Of a DNA stretch of 33,157 bases, positions 1 to 11,564 are shown piece by piece (positions within the stretch are counted from its first letter, which is position 1; each line of letters opens with the position of its first letter). The notes beneath the pieces are model-generated. The model was not told the origin of the DNA. It saw only the letters and a program-made list of their open reading frames with translations, and ran no database searches. This DNA is from Craspedostauros australis (taxonomy: Eukaryota), in contig JALAGF010001809.1 of assembly GCA_030167865.1 (NCBI GenBank), positions 1 through 33,157 on the forward strand, given 5' to 3'. Position numbers and translations under genes: made by a program.

Positions 1-2062
1 TATCGTGGAGGAGGTGTGGAATGGTCTCATCGGAACGCCTGAAAAAGAGACTAAACAATTCAAAATGGGAACAACCTTGCTGAACCGAAGAACAGCAAAG
101 GGTTAAGTTGGATCGATGTAGTCGTAGCCAAACAGCTGAAACCCGAAAGAGATCGAAAAATGCGCACATCCATCGGTCCATAAAACTTAAAATACGGCCA
201 ACCTCAGATCTGGAATGGATTGGTATATGTTTTAGATCTACGAGGATTGGGAATATGTACTTAGTTTTGAAATCGCACGAAAAAAGTTGCGAGGTCTATT
301 TCAAAGTCTTGATCGACTCACTCGGGGGGCTCCTAGATTGGTTGTAGTAAAAGTACGGCTATGATTCGAGCTTTGTCTGCTCTCTGGCAGAGACTCTGCA
401 GTGCGTGATGAAGTGCAGGGTGTAGAGATTCCAACTGAGCGCTTCAAGAATCTCCGGTGCGTCTGATAATAATACAATTACATGGATGTTGGAACATGGT
501 GGAGTATTTCATGCAGTGATCTCCAGATCTTGTGTTAGCACCAGGACACGGTACGCATTATCAGGCAATACTGAGAGACGGAGAGCAATGCTGCTCCAGA
601 GTGTCCCCACCTTGGCCAAGCGCGAGCTATGACATGGTTTGCCGATACCACAGAGAAATGGGTGGGAGAAACAGAAGGCAGACAGGAACACAGCGCCTTG
701 TGTCATTCCCAATCTTCGACCTCGTGGTGTGTGCATGATACTGCACCTTGTGATCTATGCAGTATGCTGGATTAGCTTCTATCAGTGTCCGGTGACACGA
801 TGAGGCAAACCGCCAAAAGCCGCTTCTCATCACAGTGATACATGAGGGTGACGTCCCACACAGCGCTGGTGGTCGCATGCTGATCGATGGCATCTTGGTC
901 TTCGGTGGAGACTGGTGAAGTCGCTGTGGTCGTACGTGAGGTACAAGTCCAACAGTGTGCGGTCGTGACGAAACTTCGGCAGAACGAAGGAGACCGCTGA
1001 TGGTGTTGACCTGTGTCCTCAAAGGACCAGCGACTCCGGTCACAGTCGGAATGGTTCACGCGATTCGTGTTTGCTGGGTTCTGGATGACAAAAGACCAAC
1101 ATCGTGTCGCGAGATGGTGAAAGATGCTTGGCGCGATGCGGAGAAATTGATCCTTGACATTGCTGGTGTTGTTGCCATACGACTACAGGAACGGGTATGC
1201 TATGAGTAGTCGTAGTCGTATGTATGCTACGTGTATGCTATGCAATGGGTTGCACTGTATGGTACTGTGCTCTACGACCTACCTATGCCGTGCGAGTATC
1301 ATGGTGTGGCCGCTGTGTTGGATAGTTGCGAGACTTCGGCCACGGACTGTTTGGATGCATGTATGGATGAGTGTTCCTGTGCGTGTCTTGTTGAGGTCTT
1401 GGGCTGCAGTTGCGCTTGATGTTGGTGTTGCTTCCCTTGTGGTCGTCGTTTGCACCATGGCCGCTGAATGCCAGCGAAGCAACGTTTGGGCGCGCACGAA
1501 TCGTGAGACGAAGCGGAAAGAGGCACATGGGGAGGAGATTTGCCAAGCCTGTCTGGCCGGTTCTCGTTGACTTTGGCAATCGGTCCCGTCGGTTTCTCCT
1601 GAGCCAAACGACACGAAGCTGCGTGAGGTTCGACGCCTCGCATCTTTCTGCTTCTTGTTGCAGTATCGTGTTGTGTTGTGTCGTGTCATGGTTGGTCGTT
1701 AGTGGTTAATCGCAACAGTGCGAGCTACTATGCGTGAGTGGTTCCTTGCTGTTGCTGCTGATGGGCAGGCAGCCATGACAAGAGAAACGAATCTTTGTCG
1801 CTTGCCTTGCCGTCTGCGAACAAGATGTGGTACGGTACGATGCACCAAGCGAGAGATGTGAGAATCCAATCCTCTCTCTCGATGTTGGTGTGGCACCGAT
1901 GCTCGTTTCTTGCTCCTTTGCTCTTGCTGCGTTGCAACATGTGCTGTTGTGCAACACCGTAGAGCAGTAGAATAGCAGCAGAATAGCAATAGCGTATGGC
2001 TGGCTTGCCGTACACACTAGAGTACCGTCTCTGCTGTGGAGTCTAATCGCTGCGCAGGGCCT

Positions 2063-2758
2063 TCACTCAGTATGCGTCGTGGAGGAGAGCTTCTGGTGGT
2101 AGGGATTCTTGTCGGAGTCCAAGATGAGGATGGCATGGGATCTCTGCGGCTTGGACTTGCGTGGCGCCTGTCGCTTGGGTCGCTGGCGTTGCCTGCCTCC
2201 GCTGCTTCTTGCGTTGCCGTCCGCACCATCGCCAGGATCGCCGCCATCGCCTCCGTTTGCGCCACGTCGTGTGGGGCGTATCCGTCTGGCAGGAGCGTCG
2301 TTGGCGACATGCTGGTCGGCAGATGAGGCGCTGGTGGTTGCGCTCACATCGCTGCTTCGACTTCTACTGCTGCCGTTGTTGTCGTGTTGGTGTTCATGCT
2401 GGTGTTGATGATGCTGTTGGTGGTCATGCTGGTGCTCATGTTGATGATGCTCATCATCGTCCATGTCCATGTCACCGACATCCATGCCGGAAGCCTGCAA
2501 AGTGGTGACGACGGTGGCAGGACGAGGGCGGACTCTGGGCCGCGATCTGGTGGGCGTCGCAGTGATGACATCCACCTGAGACGAGGTCTCCGAGTACTGT
2601 CCATCATCGCAGGAGGAGGAGGAGTCTGTGGGAGCCACGGAGGAGGATTGCGAGGAGACGGAGGTGATGGACTTGCTCTTGGAAGACGTCCTTGCGGTGG
2701 GTGCGGTGCTCTTGATCCGTTCTTCCATCATCTCTGGACGAGCTCTTCTTTGAATCAT
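2063..2758 (-). CDS. Hypothetical low-complexity Ser/His/Asp-rich protein (~231 aa)
   Basis: First ATG (MIQRRARPE) of the 2063..3085 ORF is at 2758. Ser-rich N-terminus, HQHEHQHDHQQHHQH tract, basic segment, and a short ordered C-terminal motif HAILILDSDKNPYHQ. No recognisable domain, and repeats inflate ORF length here. Confidence 0.45.
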   Translation of the reverse strand: MIQRRARPEMMEERIKSTAPTARTSSKSKSITSVSSQSSSVAPTDSSSSCDDGQYSETSSQVDVITATPTRSRPRVRPRPATVVTTLQASGMDVGDMDMDDDEHHQHEHQHDHQQHHQHQHEHQHDNNGSSRSRSSDVSATTSASSADQHVANDAPARRIRPTRRGANGGDGGDPGDGADGNARSSGGRQRQRPKRQAPRKSKPQRSHAILILDSDKNPYHQKLSSTTHTE

Positions 2759-4626
2759 GACGGCCGTCGTTCTTCTGCGACTGCTACTGCTTATGTTGCT
2801 GCTTATGTTGCTGCTATTGATTGCTGCTATTGATTGGTATGGATTGGTATCGATTGCTGGGTTGTGAGGAAGTGATGGAGTGCGAACAAGGTCGATGATG
2901 CTTTGAACTGACTTCCTCGAGTTTGAACTTTGACTTGAGCTGATTGTCTTTCTCCAACTGGTCAGGTTTAACTCGTGATGTGATGCAATGTGATGTATCG
3001 TAATGCAAAGCAATGCAATGTGGCTTGAGTCTCTTTCCGTTCCCTCTTTGGTTGACTTTTGGAGCCTCGGACTTGTGGCTTTCACTTTCGTTGAGGTTTC
3101 GGTTTCGGTCTTCTTGTGTTTTGCTTCTTTTGACTCTCTGTTGGATCACCCAACAACTCAGCCTCTCTGTTGTGCCCAGAGTGGTACGATTATTCTGCAA
3201 GCAATGCACACAGACGCGCGCAGCACGGTAACGCTGAGTACGCGGTTCGATGTACTGCGTCACAATTTGCCGTACGGTTTTGCACGCATCCTTGTTGCCA
3301 TCTCATGTGTGTGCATCTTCCAGTTGTCCCGCGATGTGCCGCTCGCACGGTGTGGTGCGAATCACCGTACAGTGCACGCACAACATGTGGGCCCAAATAC
3401 ATCACAACTCGCCACATCCTCGCATCATCCGCCATCACCGCGACAAAACACAGCGACACGCACAACAGAACCAGCGCAAAACCGCGTGCAGCCTTCGCGG
3501 TGGGGCGGCTTTCTCGCTTGATGTATCACGACGACGCGAGCATGGGCGCCCAGTCGTTATTGGGCTCTCCATATTTGTCAATGCCCATTCGTACAAGAAT
3601 CATCGGGCAGTTCTTCGAACGCATGTTTGCGGTCTCCCACAGAACATTTATTCAGTGTCGACTTCACAATTAAGCTGCGAAGATGCGCCGTGGACACGCG
3701 AAACCACACTCACTCTCTCACATCGGTTAAGCCTTTGCGTCACAAACAAGCCCATAAGCGTTTCTTCACAGATAGTACTTACAGTGATATGTCAATGTCA
3801 CAGCCTCGTGACACAGCCACCTCCATCACGCGCGAGCCCCCAAACAACAGATTTACACACCACCAAAAAGCACGACCAGCCCTTTCGCTGCATAAATGTT
3901 GCTTCTTCCCAGTATCTTGGGCCATATATCAAAGTGGTTGTGACCGTCACAAGCGGAAGGGAGCGTACCGTCCACATACAAACACCCTGGTCGTGGTTCT
4001 TCTCAGGTCCTGAACCGAAACAACAAATCCAACCAAAATCGGATTACAGCCCTTCTCCTCGTGTCTGGAATCCGCCCCAATCGCGTTTTGATTCCTTCGA
4101 GTTGGCTCCGATTCCAATCTCGTTTCCATAAACGGCGGTTGTGCTTAATCCACATCAATCTTGTTCGTGACTCTACTATTTTGGTCCCGTCTTGTGTCAC
4201 TTCTTGTGTCGCATCTTGTTGGCTGATGTCCATTCCCGTGACGATGGGCACAAACACACACAACAGAGAGGAACTCAACAGACGCAAAGATCTGTTGAGA
4301 AGCACACAACAGTTCACCGCAAGACCAACACCAAGACCAAGAAAGGAGACCAACAAAAGAGGGAATGGCCAAGATCGCAGGTCTTGTTTTGCAACACTCC
4401 AACCACATCTCACAACTCCTCCTTGTTGCAAGCGATTGCCAACTCATCAGTACAAGAATAAGAACGAAGGCAAGATTACTCGACTCCACTCTGTTCCATG
4501 ATACTGGTAGGATGAGTTACGGTGCAACAACGTGAACGCCAATGTGAACGTCCATGTGAACATCAACTCCTACGTATACTAGTACGACCTATTCTATCCG
4601 GAAGGAGAGACACCCATCCAATCACC

Positions 4627-4878
4627 ATGTGGAAGGGGATTGCATTGATCGTGATCGCCTTGGCGATGCTGTTAACGATCCCGCTCAGCTGGGTTCATGG
4701 TCGATTGGATCTCATCAAGTTCGCGCCACCCATGCTGGCCTTCATGATCGTGCACTGGATCGCCATGGAGATCTACCTGCGTCAAGGCGATGAAGATGTC
4801 TCGGTGGTTGCGGGCAAGGAAGCGTCCACTCTTGGTCCTGATGCAGCGCAGCATCATACTTCCAAGAAGATCAACTGA
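4627..4878 (+). CDS. Small membrane protein (83 aa, two hydrophobic helices)
   Basis: ATG in atcaccATG context. C/G-ending codons (ATC, GTG, GCC, TTC, AAG) like the confident genes. Hydrophobic segments KGIALIVIALAMLLTIPLSWV and FAPPMLAFMIVHWIAMEIYL, then a polar tail. Confidence 0.6.
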   Translation: MWKGIALIVIALAMLLTIPLSWVHGRLDLIKFAPPMLAFMIVHWIAMEIYLRQGDEDVSVVAGKEASTLGPDAAQHHTSKKIN

Positions 4879-6071
4879 TCATGGCTAGCATGCTCATCAC
4901 AGTCATCTCAGTGGCTGTGATTGCAGGTTGGAGTCAATGAAGGATGAAGAACAGAGGCGGAGATTCAAAAAAGGGCAAATGACATCATTCATCCATGTGC
5001 AGACACTCTACTATCTATAATACTATTGCACATATGTGATTATACGATACAAGCAACGTCAGGTAAGATCTCTCGAAACCTATACCGATGAAAGCCATGC
5101 ACTCAACCTGCCACAAATGCCTCGAGAGATACCCTCTCTCTCTCTCTCTACCCGCCCCTCTGATTTTGGGTCTTTGCAATGATGAAGAGACGTAACAATT
5201 CTTACGTATCACAACCTGAATCCCAATCTGTGGGTTCAAACAAACTTTTTAACTGCAATCTGAGCAAAAAGCCAAAGAGGAAGGAGCGCACACAAGAGAG
5301 GCAATCGCTGACCATGGCAGTGCTTCTTATCAATGTGAGATGTTGGCCGGAGCATTCAGTGACAATGAGTGTTGCCGTTGTGCCTATTGCGCTGTGCTTG
5401 CCCAAACGACCTGCTCTCGCACTCACCACCGCCAACTACTAATGCAACCATCTTCGTCAACATCGTCTTGATTTGTATTCTACCAGTGTTGTCACTGTTG
5501 ATTGCTCTCTTGCGAGCTATGTCATTCAGTATCCATACTGTACCCGTGAGATATGCACATGTGGAGGAGCTGCACGATGAAAGGTGAACGCTTCCAGCTA
5601 CGAGCCCAGCACATTGCTTCACGCCCCCAACAGGAGTGCTTCACTTGCATGCAATCGAGCATAACAACAATGAAACATACGCAGCATCAGAGCTTCATCC
5701 AAAGACGCGCATGGACACACCGATGATACCGCTGCAACAAATCAAAGACTATCGTGGATGGGCGACTGTCGTAGCGAAGCAACATCTTCATGGTTGTGTA
5801 GCTACGGTATAGTAACATGACAGCCAGCTCTCCCTTATAGTACTTAATGAGCTTTGGCGGAGATGACAAGAGTGAGCACAATAGCACCAAAGAATACACT
5901 CCGGTACAACCCAGTTCATCGGTCCGTGCTGAGCAGTGCCATAACGCCACGGCGCATCAACCAAGGACCTTGCCCCTCTCTTCCGCCTTGTATGGCAGTA
6001 TCCTCCATGGTCCATACCATACTACTGTAATATATTTGTATGGTACGCCATGCATCATGCAGTACCCATCA

Positions 6072-8156
6072 TCATATCGTCGACGTCAAGTCAGCCGAGT
6101 ACTCCAACGACAATTTCGGACTGCTGTACTCCTTGCTGAGCACAGCCGGGTCCAATTCCGCGGACTCCTGTTGGCTGCGGCTGCCATTGCTTCCTCTTCG
6201 CCGACCTGGTGACGACGACGGCAAAGGAGAGATCTTCATCTTGTACCGACTCATGTCCGCCGAGTGTGCGTTGAAGCAGCTGGCGATCGTCGTGTTCTCC
6301 TCAGGCGACATGTCGAACTCCATCCCGCGGCCGCACATCGTCGTGTCGTAGCCACCGCCCATCTGACCGCAGTACGCATCGTTTTCGGCGGCTTCCTGAT
6401 TCGACTTGGAGCGCTTGTCTGACGCAGTGGCAGGGTTTCCGCACCAGCACACGCAGTCAGTGAACAGCGATGCAACTGAGTGTTCCCATGAGGTGATTGT
6501 CATCAAGTTCCAACAAGTAAGATGCAATGAGAAAGCAAGTAGGAGTAGCGATGTAAACCTGTCAGAGACGACAACGTTGAAGAGCTTGACATCGATACAA
6601 CTCCACATGGTGACACCCTGATCTTCCATCCTTTACTGTATTCTTCATGCTCGTGCGCACTTTGCGCAATCACGTACACAAACACACAACGCAAACACAA
6701 TTCGTACTCCACACTTACATTCATCCAAGCTGGAGGCGATCCGTCCGATCTTCCTTCGGACCTTCTCCGTGGTCGTCTCGGTCTGGATTCTCTCGGCCAT
6801 ACGGTGTGCCGTGAAAGCTTCCACGTCAAAGCTCGCACCATCCGTCGATGCCAGGGAACTGCTCGATGGCGATACAGCGTTGTTGGCTCGTCGCGCACGT
6901 TTGGTGGGATCGACGAAACGGTTCTCCGACAGGTAGTTCTGCAGGAAGGCCACGAAGACCATCTTGCCGTTGTTGCTGTCAAATACGCATTCGTAAAAGC
7001 CATGCGAAATCGTGGTGATGGTACACATCGTCTCGTGATTCTCAGCCGTAGCCGTCTCCACCAGCATAATGTCGCGCGTTGGTACAATCACAGGCTCTGC
7101 TGAAGTTGCACCCGCTGCCGCTGCCGCTGTCTGCGCTGGACTCTCTCTGCCTCCGCGATGTCTCTCATCGTGCCAACTTTGTTGCTCCATCTGTCTGGCA
7201 TGGTGCTCGCTGAGCTTGCATTCTGCCTGATCGCCACCGAACGCCGATGGGCGTCTTCCCATCCTGCGACCATTCTCGTTGCCAAAGCTGGAGGTGTCAG
7301 TGAAGGCGTTGACCATGCGGCTGTTTCTGAGATTCGAGTTATCCAGGGTTCCGACGGGGCATATTGTGGTGAATATCAGCTGTGGCCCCAGAGCTCTGGA
7401 ACGCTGGTCGATCTGTTCCTGTTGTTGCTGCTGCTGTTGTTGTTGTTGCTGCAACCGCTGTTGCTTCTGCTTTTGTTTTTGCTGTTGTCTGCGCTGCTTC
7501 TTCGAACTCGATCTGCGGCTTGATTGAGAATCACTATCATGCGTCTCACTGCCCCAGCATCCATTCTCCTTGCTCTCCGACTTATACTCCTGGCTCTTAT
7601 TCTTTCGCAACCGAAGAGGCACAGCCGATGTCAGATCCACAAAGCTGGTGCCCGCACTGTGCCACACTCTCATGGTGCAGACCGCATCCTCCTCCTGCGC
7701 TGACTCCTTGTTCGAGGCAAACGCCGATCGTCGAATTCGCTGTGATCATCCATCATAACATACGAGAGAGAGAGAGAGTAGGGACCATGATAATAGTATA
7801 AAATTGAACGAATGAAAGAATAAACGAATGAGTGAAGGGTTCATCGAATGAGCTACAGGTCGTACTAGTATGGTGGGTTCGTGTACACCAATACTTGTTG
7901 CGTGTGCATAGCAGAGATGATCCCACGAGGTCCCAGCATGTCATGTGGTGACGGCATGGCACACCGATCGCCAAAGGATGTGAGCACCATGGTCGGCATG
8001 TTTCCCGCGCACTTCGTTACGAATCGGCAATCAGGTAACGGTGCACTAACGGCCACGTCCGATGCACGAAACAAAATTGCATCGATGATGTCAACAACAA
8101 CTCACGCATCGCACTGAAACATCCTCCGCCGTTCCTTGATTGTTGTGGCCGAACAT
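6072..8156 (-). CDS. Spliced hypothetical protein, 491 aa; exons 8156-8106, 7739-6719, 6475-6072; possible split PH-like domain
   Basis: ccaccATG at 8156. Donor TGC|GTGAGT at 8105, and acceptor CACAG| at 7740 after a (CT)n tract, phase 0. Donor GAA T|GTAAGT at 6718 and acceptor CTCAG|TT at 6476, phase 1. The spliced frame joins ORFs 6645..7673 and 6072..6629 without stops (1476 nt). Exon 1 is the least certain part. Confidence 0.7.
6476..6718 (-). other. Predicted spliceosomal intron (243 nt, phase 1)
   Basis: GTAAGT donor just before the ORF runs into a stop, a pyrimidine-rich stretch upstream of the CAG acceptor, and a frame-preserving join (SSLDE-F-ASLFTDC). Confidence 0.7.
7740..8105 (-). 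other. Predicted spliceosomal intron (366 nt, phase 0)
   Basis: GTGAGT donor, T-rich and (CT)n 3' part, and CAG acceptor just after an in-frame TGA. Join gives EDVSVRC-RIRRSAF. Confidence 0.55.
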
Positions 8157-9785
8157 GGTGGAAGTGCTATTGTCGTCTCCTTTGGTGCTCTATCGTGTGC
8201 TGCTCTGTGATGCTCTGATGGTCTGTGTTCTGCGATTCTGTGGAATAATCAATGGTGCTGGTGGATGTGCTGAAGGTCTTCGATGTTGTGCGGAAGAACG
8301 GTAGATTGCTGCGCTCCTCCAGGCGAGTGAGTGTACGTGGTCTTGTCGTTTTGATGGCAATGACGACGACCACCGCGATGGGAATTTCCACGTGCGACAG
8401 CAGCGCGCAGCGCAGAACGGCGAAGGTTGTCGTGTTGTGGTCCTTGCCGCATTGTGGTGGCGCGGTGCGGTATGCCGGCGACCCAAACAACAAAAGCAAT
8501 CCGCAAAACCGTGCCGATTTTTGGTGGGCAGTGGCGAAAGCAGGGGAAACTCGTAAGAGACGGAAGAACCGTCTTGGACGATTTTTTGGGTGCGTTCGCT
8601 TCGTCTTGCTTGACGAAACCGGGATAGATTGGCAGGCCGTGTCACATACGACAAGGCAGGCGGACAAGTCGTGGCAGTTTGTGACGATTGATGCACGCGC
8701 CACGAGCAAATCAAGTTCATATATATATTCAGAGATTAATACTTAATGAAAACAGCACGCGTGTCGCAGAAAGAGGTGAAAATTTGTGATGTCTGGTCAC
8801 ATTTTGCGGACAGGAGATCGGCCCTTCTCGTTGCCAAAGATCGCGACGCAAGTCTTGGAAGATGGCGCCAAAGCCAAAGGACGAAAAGTGACGCCGAGCA
8901 CATGGTCGTACGACAGTAAAGCACCGATGGAACGACGCTCTTGGCTTCACAATACCTGCAATTCCCTGAGCAGTGTCTGGCAGATGTGGGCGGAGGCAGA
9001 TGGACCTTGTCGCAGAGAGGAACTTGGATGGGACTCCATGTGATGTCATGTGATGTGGTGTGCTGTGCTGTGTCGTCGATGAGAAATATGGTGTGGCGAG
9101 TTGCCGTTCATCACTCTGTTGGGCTTGTGTTGGATGGACATGGACAGGCACCTGAACATGATAGAGCGTGGAATGATGAAGTGTCTATTGGACGTGCATA
9201 CTCCATCCACGCTCTCTGCGCTGCCTCTGTGTCCCTATCCGCAACTATGTTCCGACCATCTCACTCGTGGATGCGCCGTGCGGAGTGAAGCGTTGCGCTT
9301 CCCAATGAGACTCCCTCACAGGTAGACTATCAATACCATACTCTGGAAGATCTGTGCTCACACCACACTACACCATACGATACATACTTTATCGCACCGT
9401 ACATTGCAGACATCATCAATTGTCATCGATTCATCGAGTGTTTGTCCTTTCCGTTTGGTGTGGAACGTGAGGGTCGCTGAGTATCCGCACCACGCTCGTT
9501 GAGCAGCGCAAACATTGAAAGATCGTCGCGGCTCGTCCTATTGCAAGGCGATTGATTGATAATTGAGACAAAGCATAATACAATATGATGAAATGCCTGA
9601 TCATCGCAGCCAACCGATTGATTGAATTCAAGCAATCACACGAGTAGCATAACTTGCACTGCTCGATGGTAGGATTGTGTCATCATTCCGTTCTCCACGT
9701 GGACCTCTCTCCACTTTACTCCAATCTTATCTACTTTACATACTAGTGCACAAGCTGCAATGAGGATTCAGCGCATGCTGATGAA

Positions 9786-11564
9786 TCACGATGCCACCGA
9801 TCCTTCATCCTCCATCTTCAATGATACTGCTTCGTTAGCTGCAGCTGGATCTGCAACTGCAGGAGGTTGCTGCTGCTGCTGATGCTGCTGCGATGATGCA
9901 TTCACGTCTTCCGCTTCGCTTCCCGCTGCTGCCGCCGATGGTTCAATAAAAACACCATCCGCTTCATCTCTCGACTCATTCGCACGCGACGGCGACTGCA
10001 TTTGCCACTGGTAGTCCAGCTCGTGCGCATGATGATCAACGGAACCCGTGTCGCTATTGCCAACAAAGCGCATCTCGCCGCTGCTGATCCTGGTGGCAGG
10101 AGTATCGAGGTTGTGCTCATCGTCCATGAGGCTGGTGGTGAAGTGATCGTCGCTGGCGACATCCGCGGCGATCTCGCGCAGGATGCTGGAATCCAAGTGA
10201 TTCCGCACCTTGGTGACATCGCGGTTGGCATTGGCGTTGGTGTCACCGTCCGCAGCGTTACCTGCAGCGTAGGTGCTCCTTCTCCTCCTCCGTCTTCCAC
10301 CACCAACATCGTTGGGCGAGCCAAACACGGCGCATCGCAGCGCCCAGCACCTGCCGCCCTTGCGCTGCGCGTCGCCGCTGTCCGCCCCCGCAGTCCAACT
10401 CAACCGGCTCATCGCGTCGGACGCCACCTGCCGCCTCGCCTGCAGGTACTTGGGACGCACGAAGACGAGGAAGTTGAAGAAGCCGTTCATTGGAAACAGC
10501 ACCGACTGGAACAGCTGCACGACGAAGGTCGACTGACGTTGATCGGCATGCGACGAGATGGCGGACTCCAGGATACGCAAGATGAAGACGGAGACGTACG
10601 TGATGCAGAAAGCCGCGACGTAAAACGCCGCCTGCGTCGCGACGGCTTGCACGCGTCTCGTCTGCGTATCCGGTCCCATGGACGAGACCAAGGTGGAGTG
10701 CCGGCGGGCATGCTGCGTCGTGTGGCGCACGTGACTGACGATGCGGTAGTGGTTGGCCCAGACGCTGAGCATGCAGATGAGGAAGGGCAGACCGCCGGCG
10801 AGGGTGGCCAGCAGCGGGCTGGTGACCCAGCACCCCCTCCCAACTTCCATCTCGTTGTACACGTCGAAGGCGGCACCCAGGATGGCCGTGACCAACGGGA
10901 ATCCGAGGCTCGTGGCGTGCATCCAAGGTTCGTAGCGCTTGGCGATCGTCTCGTTGGACTTGCCGAAGCGGATGGAGAGGAGGAAGAACCAGCTGAGCGA
11001 CGCGGCGTAGAGCGGACTCGCGAACGCCAGCTGGTTGAGGAACCCGACAGCCGTGCAGGTGGCTTGGTTGCCGATCGCCCAGACCCTCGTGTTGGAGATG
11101 GAATCGGCCGACGATTGTTCCGACGATGAGGGGACCAGGAGCGAGAACCAGGGAAAGGCGAAAGAGATGAGGATATCGCACACCGACATCGCCACCATGA
11201 TGCGTTGGTACGGCGTCCACCTGACCTTGTTCGGTTCGTCTGCTGTCCCCCCTGATAAGGCCGACGATGGTGATACCAAAGTGGAGAATGACGGCCGGGC
11301 AAGCGAGTTCGATTGGTGATGCGAGGACAGGCTCGTTCGGCTGTTTGGCGTGGCAGACCGGGAGGCTCCTCCCCGCTTTGTCTGGATGCTCTGCGCATGG
11401 ACCATGTAGATGATGAGGCCCGATCCCACGATGGAAAAGAGGCAGGAGACGATCGGGATGATGGACAGTGCTATCTGCTGTGCATCCGTGAGGTTGGACG
11501 TCTGCATCCCTTCCCTCTCCTCTTGCGTGTCACTCAGCGTTTCCAGCCATCTTGATTCCATCAT
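9786..11564 (-). CDS. 7-transmembrane GPCR-like protein, cAMP-receptor-like/Git3-like family (592 aa)
   Basis: Seven hydrophobic segments with family-typical motifs: S.IGS..II (TM1), PYQRIMVAMSVCD (TM2), GNQATCTAVGFLNQ plus YAASLSWFFLLSI (TM3), YEPWMH (TM4), GCW in ECL2, ATQAAFYVAAF (TM6), FPMNGFFNFLVFVRP (TM7). Long disordered C-tail. Confidence 0.9.
   Translation of the reverse strand: MMESRWLETLSDTQEEREGMQTSNLTDAQQIALSIIPIVSCLFSIVGSGLIIYMVHAQSIQTKRGGASRSATPNSRTSLSSHHQSNSLARPSFSTLVSPSSALSGGTADEPNKVRWTPYQRIMVAMSVCDILISFAFPWFSLLVPSSSEQSSADSISNTRVWAIGNQATCTAVGFLNQLAFASPLYAASLSWFFLLSIRFGKSNETIAKRYEPWMHATSLGFPLVTAILGAAFDVYNEMEVGRGCWVTSPLLATLAGGLPFLICMLSVWANHYRIVSHVRHTTQHARRHSTLVSSMGPDTQTRRVQAVATQAAFYVAAFCITYVSVFILRILESAISSHADQRQSTFVVQLFQSVLFPMNGFFNFLVFVRPKYLQARRQVASDAMSRLSWTAGADSGDAQRKGGRCWALRCAVFGSPNDVGGGRRRRRRSTYAAGNAADGDTNANANRDVTKVRNHLDSSILREIAADVASDDHFTTSLMDDEHNLDTPATRISSGEMRFVGNSDTGSVDHHAHELDYQWQMQSPSRANESRDEADGVFIEPSAAAAGSEAEDVNASSQQHQQQQQPPAVADPAAANEAVSLKMEDEGSVAS

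Noticed and set aside
1-360. Open frame at the window edge (IVEEVWNGLIG..., 2-106) followed by an AT-richer segment, possibly the end of a gene or transposon
   Set aside because: Too short; no terminal inverted repeat, LTR or diagnostic motif is visible.
772-1460. Possible spliced minus-strand gene (GTAGGT donor near 1282, TAG acceptor near 1186)
   Set aside because: The joined product is short and featureless, and alternative frames are equally plausible.
3003-4501. Overlapping ORFs of up to 293 aa
   Set aside because: Mostly non-ATG starts, no codon bias or domains; looks like intergenic or UTR sequence.
5369-5587. Hydrophobic ORF (IFVNIVLICILPVLSLLIALL)
   Set aside because: No ATG start or convincing splice partner; may be chance or a relic.
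10002-11398. Long alternative-frame and antisense ORFs (375, 320, 303 aa) over the GPCR gene
   Set aside because: Shadow ORFs caused by high third-position GC; no protein-like features.
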